From: an uncultured Desulfospira sp.
Lineage (GTDB): Bacteria > Desulfobacterota > Desulfobacteria > Desulfobacterales > Desulfobacteraceae
DNA: 64,000 nt
Reading direction: 5' to 3'
NCBI GenBank assembly: GCA_963663165.1
Contig: OY760175.1
Span: forward strand, 928,001 to 992,000
Positions 58,578 through 64,000 of the stretch are shown here, in pieces. The notes under the pieces were generated by a model. The model saw nothing but the letters and a program-made list of their open reading frames with translations. It did not search any database and was not told the origin of the DNA. Within the stretch, counting starts at the first letter, position 1. Each line of letters opens with the position of its first letter. A program made the position numbers and the translations under genes.

Positions 58578-58875
58578 TCAAGGAAGTATTGACTTCTTCC
58601 AAATAGATTGGCAAAGCTTTTTTCGAAAAAATTCGCGGCGGGATAACTGCGGGGTAAGCGAGGTAAGGTTTATATATTTTATTGGCGGGGTAAAGCGGCG
58701 GGATATCTTCCCGTTATATTATTTTGTAGCTGATTTGGCGTATCCGCGTTACATTTTTTGAATCTTAGCACCCGGACAATGGGAATTATACTTTGTGGAT
58801 CAGGTGATGGAATTTATGGTCACAGGGTAAAGGCACCGGTACCGGCATGGGTAACGTTAAGTTACTTCTTATATT

Positions 58876-59178
58876 TTATGCCTTTTCCCCTGGATACAAA
58901 TCCGGGCGTTCTATCCATATGGCATGATCTACTATTCCAAGGGAGGACAGGGTGTTCACCAGGGTGAGGGCCAGTGCCGAGCCTTTGGGGTCGGCACTGG
59001 CCGTATCCCAGTAAAGCAGGATGGAAAAATCACCGCTGATACTGGCATGGTGAAAGAGGTGCCAGTCATACAGCCTGGTGTTTTTCCGTATTTCGACGTT
59101 TAAACTTGCCATTATTTTTAACACTTCAGGCACAGTGGCGGCACCGGCCCGCAAGCGGATATGTTCAAGCCAGATCAT
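58876..59178 (-). CDS. Hypothetical protein (100 aa)
   Basis: MIWLEHIRLR...VDHAIWIE; reading frame conserved in the duplicated fragment at 50577-50711. Confidence 0.7.
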   Translation of the reverse strand: MIWLEHIRLRAGAATVPEVLKIMASLNVEIRKNTRLYDWHLFHHASISGDFSILLYWDTASADPKGSALALTLVNTLSSLGIVDHAIWIERPDLYPGEKA

Positions 59179-59189
59179 GGGGAGTTTTC

Positions 59190-59757
59190 TCACTGTATGG
59201 GAACGTACAACACCACCACCGGGTCCCCGAGGTAATTGCCGTCTTTGCACCCGTGTTTCTGGTAGTTGCTGTGGAACCGGTCATCGTATAAGTTGAATAT
59301 GGGGCTTTTTTTCTGCCGGTACCCATTCAGTTCGATCCAGAATTTCATGGTATACACGGCCACCAGGCTGGCTGCGGTATGGTTACGTTTCATAAACTCG
59401 ACCCGGACATATCGGCCCTCCTGAAGGGTGACCTTTGAAAATTCTTCACCGGTTGCGCCGGTTTTGTTCTCAACGGCAATGTAATAGTCAAAATCCTTCC
59501 CGTTTTCATGAAGATCAAAAATACAATACATCACCGGGTCGTTTTCTTTTTTTAAAGGGCCTAATTGGTCGTTATCGTAAACCTCATGGTAAAAAGGGGG
59601 AATTTCCCTTTTTTTTCCGGTTGTCTGTAAAGGATGTGGTAATGCTGTATCCGATACATTTTGTTTCTTTAAACTCAACCACCTCGGGCCTGGCGAGCAT
59701 GTTTTTGCCGATCAGAGCCCTGAAAAACGGTTGGCCTATCGCTTTGATCAATTTCAT
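59190..59757 (-). pseudogene. GyrI-like effector-binding protein with a frameshift in an A8 run
   Basis: RBS AGGAGG and ATG at 59757; removing one base of the T8 at 59609-59616 joins KCIGYSITTSFTDNRKK to REIPPFYHEVY...FDYYIAVE..EGRY...LYVPI. Confidence 0.8.
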
Positions 59758-59858
59758 TTTCCCCTCCTGTACAAGAAATAATTATGGGATGATTTTTTTT
59801 AAACCTGCCGGCTGCTTTACGGCCTGAGACCGGCGGACGGCCTTTCATCTGTAGGTAT

Positions 59859-59875
59859 TGCCACAATCGTGCCAA
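59859..59875 (-). promoter_or_regulatory. Sigma54 promoter of the gyrI-like operon, with IHF-like site and UAS palindrome upstream
   Basis: TTGGCACGATTGTGGCA; AATCAAATGGTTA at 59893-59905; TATTTGGCAG-N7-CTGCCAAATA at 59943-59969. Confidence 0.72.
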
Positions 59876-60031
59876 AAAATTAATCCAATAAAAATCAAAT
59901 GGTTAAAAGAATCCATCCCTTTAAAAGCCCATAAAACCACATTATTTGGCAGTTACTGGCTGCCAAATATTTAAGCCTTGAATAATTCTGCCATATTTGG
60001 GAGAATGCCCTGACCCCAAAGAGGAGAACCT

Positions 60032-61570
60032 ATGGACGACACTGATTTTTTCCGTCAGGTAACCCTTAGAATCTGCGGTAGCCTGAATATTGAAAAGGCC
60101 CTGTTTGACACCTATGAGTATTTATGCCGGCTTATGCCGGTGGACGAGGTGTCCTATACCCACTTTGTTCCGGATATGGGTGCCATTCAGTTTGTGGCCT
60201 GCGCTACCAAAGAAGGCGGCAGGAATTTGGGGCTCACCCCCATGCCCATGCCCCGGTCCCTGGTGGAATGGATGAAGCAGGACATCCCTGTCAAAGGTTA
60301 TTATGTGTTGAACCACCCAAATGATCATCCCCTATCCCGTGTCCTTACCCAATTTCGCGGAATGGATGAAAATACATCCATTCTGGTGTTGCGGCTGTTA
60401 ATGGAAAACAAATTTTTAGGGTCTTTTAACATGGCCTGTGCCGGAACCGGCCGGTATACCGGAGCACATACTAAACTTTTGTCAGCCGCCAAAGAGCCCC
60501 TGGCCATTGCTTTGAGCAATCATTTGAAACACCGGGAGGTCATTGCCCTCAAAGAGTTAAAGGAACAGGACAACCAATACCTGAAAAGCGAGCTTAACCG
60601 GCGGGTAAGCAACACCATTATCGGGGATGACTTCGGGCTTAAAGGCGTTATGACCCAGGTTCGCCAGGTGGCCGGGGAAAAAAGCCCGGTCCTGCTCTTA
60701 GGTGAAACCGGAACCGGCAAAGAGGTGATTGCCGCCGCCCTTCACAACCTGTCATCGCGCTCAACCGGCCCCTTTGTCACCATCAATTGCGGCGCCATCC
60801 CCGAAGGACTGGTTGACAGTGAATTGTTCGGCCATGAAAAAGGCGCTTTTACCGGTGCGGTCTCCCGGTACCGGGGCCGTTTTGAACGGGCCCACAAGGG
60901 CACTATATTCTTAGATGAAATCGGCGAACTGCCACTGCAGGCCCAGGTCAGGCTGTTAAGGGTCTTGCAGGAACACCGGATTGAACGGGTGGGGTCCACT
61001 CAGACCATCAAAGTTGATAACCGCGTTATCGCCGCCACCCACAGGGACCTGGAGGACATGGCGTCCAAGGGAACCTTCAGACAGGATCTGCTTTACCGGC
61101 TTAAAGTGTTTCCCATTCGCCTGCCCCCGTTACGGGACCGGCCATCGGACATCCCTGCCCTGGCCCAGCATTTTCTACAAAAAAAAGGTCAGGAACTTGG
61201 CATGGGACACCCCCCGAAAATAGGGCAGGATTTTTTAAACCAGCTGCTGTCTTACCACTGGCCGGGAAATGTCCGGGAACTTGAAAATTTTATTGAGCGA
61301 AAGCTTATCGTGAACCGGGGGGCTGCCATGCTTCCGGGAAAGGATCCGGACACCCAAAAGGATTTAACCTGTGTTCAACCCGGCCAGGATGATGACAGGG
61401 TGTTATTATCCCTTGACCAGGCCATAAAACGACATATTGAAAAGGCCATGGAACTTTGCGGGGGACGGATAGAGGGGCGTGACGGCCTTGCCGAGCGATT
61501 GGACATCAAGCCCAACACATTGCGTGCCCGGATGAAAAAGCTTGATATCCCCTTTGGCCGAAAAAGATGA
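60032..61570 (+). CDS. GAF-domain sigma54 enhancer-binding protein (FhlA/NifA-like architecture)
   Basis: [23 protein letters not shown]-terminal HTH. Confidence 0.93.
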   Translation: MDDTDFFRQVTLRICGSLNIEKALFDTYEYLCRLMPVDEVSYTHFVPDMGAIQFVACATKEGGRNLGLTPMPMPRSLVEWMKQDIPVKGYYVLNHPNDHPLSRVLTQFRGMDENTSILVLRLLMENKFLGSFNMACAGTGRYTGAHTKLLSAAKEPLAIALSNHLKHREVIALKELKEQDNQYLKSELNRRVSNTIIGDDFGLKGVMTQVRQVAGEKSPVLLLGETGTGKEVIAAALHNLSSRSTGPFVTINCGAIPEGLVDSELFGHEKGAFTGAVSRYRGRFERAHKGTIFLDEIGELPLQAQVRLLRVLQEHRIERVGSTQTIKVDNRVIAATHRDLEDMASKGTFRQDLLYRLKVFPIRLPPLRDRPSDIPALAQHFLQKKGQELGMGHPPKIGQDFLNQLLSYHWPGNVRELENFIERKLIVNRGAAMLPGKDPDTQKDLTCVQPGQDDDRVLLSLDQAIKRHIEKAMELCGGRIEGRDGLAERLDIKPNTLRARMKKLDIPFGRKR

Positions 61571-61737
61571 CCTTAATGTCCGCTTTCAGGCCCCCCCGGC
61601 ATCAGCTGACCCAAAAGAAAAGGGCTTTCAATAATTTCTGGGGTATCTCCCCGAACCCATCAGTTCTCACCGGATCCAAACTGATCCATAACCAGATCAC
61701 GACGGTAATCCCGGCTGAACTCCCCGTTATTATGCCT

Positions 61738-62166
61738 TCAAAACATGGCAAACTCCCAAGGATTGATAATATTAACACCTGCTGCCTGAAACGGGCTCAC
61801 ATCTCTGGTTGCGACACTAAATCGATTGGCAGCGGCAATTGCGGCAATATACCCATCGGCCGCAGCAATTGCCTGGCCGGAGGATTTTGCGTTTGCCATG
61901 AGTTCAGCATAAGCTGTTGTGCAGTTAACATCAAAGGAACATACACGTCCGGTGAATAGAGGCAAAATTTGATTTTCAATACTGTTTTCCAGTTCATCCC
62001 GCCGCTTTCCAGCCGGCAGGCTTTTGATGCCAAAACGCAACTGGGCAACAGTGATTGCCGATAAATAAAGCGTTTCAATTGATTGTGCATCAATCCAGTT
62101 AATGACATGGGTTTCAGGAAAAGGACGCAATGGTTCAGAAACGACATTTATGTCTAACAATATCAT
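61738..62166 (-). CDS. vapC: PIN-domain toxin (VapC/FitB/StbB-like)
   Basis: MILLD.NVVSE, PAGKRR, ADGYIAAIA, VATRD..PF, INPW. Confidence 0.9.
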   Translation of the reverse strand: MILLDINVVSEPLRPFPETHVINWIDAQSIETLYLSAITVAQLRFGIKSLPAGKRRDELENSIENQILPLFTGRVCSFDVNCTTAYAELMANAKSSGQAIAAADGYIAAIAAANRFSVATRDVSPFQAAGVNIINPWEFAMF

Positions 62167-62417
62167 TTAAAATCCACCGGTTTGGCCGGGGTTTTATCCC
62201 GGCTCTGCCCAAAAACCGAAAACTCATCATCGGTCAAGTTCATTTTCCGCCCGATGCTGGCAAGGAGCGAACCGAGTTTGACCCGTCCTTCCGGTTGGAC
62301 AGCATTACCCAATATTTCCCGGATTTCAGCCTCGGCACTACGGCCATGATGTGCGGCCCTAACCCGTAAAGCACGATGGACCTCCTCCGGTACATTTCTG
62401 ACAGTGATGGATGGCAT
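62163..62417 (-). CDS. Ribbon-helix-helix antitoxin (FitA/StbC-like)
   Basis: MPSITVRNVPEEVHRALRVRAAHHGRSAEAEIREIL; overlaps the toxin start. Confidence 0.9.
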   Translation of the reverse strand: MPSITVRNVPEEVHRALRVRAAHHGRSAEAEIREILGNAVQPEGRVKLGSLLASIGRKMNLTDDEFSVFGQSRDKTPAKPVDFK

Positions 62418-62555
62418 GACTTCATCTCCATAGAATGATTTATTTGAAAGCATTATATTATTTTGCAAGCAAATAAATCAAGGGAAGATTCCTGAAAAAT
62501 CCTAATCCAATTTTTGGGCAACCCTCTGATCCGTTCCAGGGGAAGGGTTAACCCG

Positions 62556-64000
62556 TCAGGCTCCAAGGCGTTTTAAAATGGCGATGGTTTCTTTTAAGGC
62601 CGGGGATATGTTCAGCCGTTTCTGGCCCAAAACAAAGCGGATGGTGTCCTTGGTGATGAACTTGTGGGCCGGCAGTTTTGAAAGCTGCTCTAATAACCGG
62701 TTTTTGGAAATTTTCAGGTGGGGTTCTGAAAAGGAAAGGGTCAGGATATCCGGGGTAATGTCCAGCCGCTGGATGCCGATCTGGATGGCATAGACCCGGA
62801 GCATGATCCTGAACAGCATGTTTTCAGCTTCTCGCGGCAGGTTGCCGTACCGGTCGGTGAGTTCCTTTTTCATATCGGAGATCTCAGACACCTGGGTTAA
62901 CCGGGACAGTCTTCGGTAAAGGGTGAGGCGCTGTTCCACGGATTCCACATAAGATTCGGGAAATCCCGCGGAAATGGCGGCATTGATTTCAGGCTCCAAG
63001 GGAGCGGTTCTGGTTTCTCCTTTAAGCTCACTGACCGCATTGTCCAAAAGTTTTAAGAACATGTCATACCCCACCGCCGCAATATGGCCGGACTGTGAGG
63101 CCCCAAGCGCCGTGCCGGCCCCACGGATCTGAAGGTCTTTCATGGCGATCTGGAATCCGGAACCAAGGTCTTTATGCTCCATTAAGGCGGCCAGCCGTTT
63201 TTTGGCATCTTTGGTCAGCCTTGATTCATCGCCGATAAACAGATAGGCATAGGCCTGGTGGTCTCCGCGCCCGATCCTTCCCCGAAGCTGGTAGATCTGG
63301 GAAAGCCCGAAGTTCTCAGCCCGGTCAATGATCATGGTGTTGGCCGAAGGAATGTCCAGGCCCGATTCCACAATGGTGGTGCAGACCAGGACATTGATCT
63401 CCACATTAACAAACTGGAACATGACCTTTTCAAGCTCAGCTTCGGACAGCCTTCCGTGGGCCACCCCGATTCTGGCTTCCGGCACCAGGGTTTTGATCTG
63501 GTCAGCTACTTTAAAAATGGTCTTTATGTTGTTGTGGACAAAAAAGACCTGGCCCTTCCGGTCCAGTTCCTTTCGCACGGCATCCCGGACAATGACATCC
63601 TCGTATTTGGAGATATAAGAAACAATGGGCTGACGGTCCGCCGGCGGCGTGGCAATAACGCTGATATCCCGCATGCCGGTCAAGGACATGTGAAGGGTCC
63701 TCGGGATGGGGGTGGCGCTTAAGGCCAGCACATCCACGCTGCTTCGTTTTTTCTTTAAGGCCTCCTTGTGCTTGACCCCGAACCGCTGTTCCTCGTCAAT
63801 GACCAGAAGCCCCAAAGACTTGAACACCACGTCCTTTTGCAGCAGCCGGTGGGTGCCGATAACGATGTCTACAACCCCTGAGGCCAGCTGCTTTAAAATC
63901 CGACCGGTCTCTTTGGCGCTCCTGAACCGTGACAGGCATTCCACCTGCACCGGATAGTCTTCAAATCTTTTCCGGAAAGTGTCCAGATGCTGTTCCGCCA
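62556..64000 (-). CDS. mfd: Transcription-repair coupling factor, C-terminal part (5' end outside the window)
   Basis: GTHRLL, DEEQRFGV, SATPIPRTL, QLRGRIGR, DLQIRGAG, TRCF domain. Confidence 0.96.
   Translation of the reverse strand, partial: AEQHLDTFRKRFEDYPVQVECLSRFRSAKETGRILKQLASGVVDIVIGTHRLLQKDVVFKSLGLLVIDEEQRFGVKHKEALKKKRSSVDVLALSATPIPRTLHMSLTGMRDISVIATPPADRQPIVSYISKYEDVIVRDAVRKELDRKGQVFFVHNNIKTIFKVADQIKTLVPEARIGVAHGRLSEAELEKVMFQFVNVEINVLVCTTIVESGLDIPSANTMIIDRAENFGLSQIYQLRGRIGRGDHQAYAYLFIGDESRLTKDAKKRLAALMEHKDLGSGFQIAMKDLQIRGAGTALGASQSGHIAAVGYDMFLKLLDNAVSELKGETRTAPLEPEINAAISAGFPESYVESVEQRLTLYRRLSRLTQVSEISDMKKELTDRYGNLPREAENMLFRIMLRVYAIQIGIQRLDITPDILTLSFSEPHLKISKNRLLEQLSKLPAHKFITKDTIRFVLGQKRLNISPALKETIAILKRLGA

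Larger units (their letters stand above)
54493..58770 (-). mobile_element. 4278 bp five-gene DDE transposon (IS21/Mu-like) with 6 bp TSD CCCGGA
   Basis: TIRs TGCTCACATTCAAATAATGTAACG and TGCTAAGATTCAAAAAATGTAACG (revcomp of right end); CCCGGA at 54487-54492 and 58771-58776; the empty site is visible in the paralogous copy at 50462-50467. Confidence 0.93.

Noticed and set aside
54493..58770. CRISPR-associated or Tn7-type transposon
   Set aside because: No recognisable Cas, TnsA or TniQ protein and no array; the TSD is 6 bp rather than 5 bp
1..64000. tRNA or rRNA genes
   Set aside because: None recognised by eye in the intergenic regions; not confirmed computationally

Overview
About 64 kb of accessory-rich chromosome. 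Gene content and repeat types suggest a sulfate-reducing Desulfobacteraceae-type bacterium (inference). Left to right: (1) a type I restriction-modification locus with apparently intact hsdM and hsdS but an hsdR broken twice; (2) a roughly 19 kb acyl-CoA catabolic region (ptb-buk divergent from a 4-hydroxybutyryl-CoA dehydratase-like gene, then SDR, TetR, CoA ligase, TRAP transporter, beta-oxidation enzymes, an exported beta-propeller protein, MaoC and nitroreductase); (3) a globin-EAL sensor and a dockerin-tailed secreted protein; (4) a sigma54-driven tusA-mvhD-hdrA-hdrA-wHTH-hdrC-hdrB-like-dsrE operon; (5) an AT-richer corrinoid/MT2 methyltransferase + TRAP cluster; (6) a Tat Fe-S/membrane pair, a Cys-rich PAS sigma54 activator, thioredoxin and DUF4242; (7) a FIST chemoreceptor and a PEP-CTERM-like gene lying between two copies of a roughly 400 bp duplication; (8) a complete 4278 bp five-gene DDE transposon (TG...CA ends, 6 bp target duplication) inserted in the second copy; (9) a frameshifted GyrI-like gene, a GAF sigma54 activator, a FitAB/VapBC pair and the 3' part of mfd. 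The strongest candidates for undescribed systems are the five-gene transposon and a local sigma54 regulon marked by recurring GGTAACG boxes. All protein calls come from motif recognition only; no searches were run.
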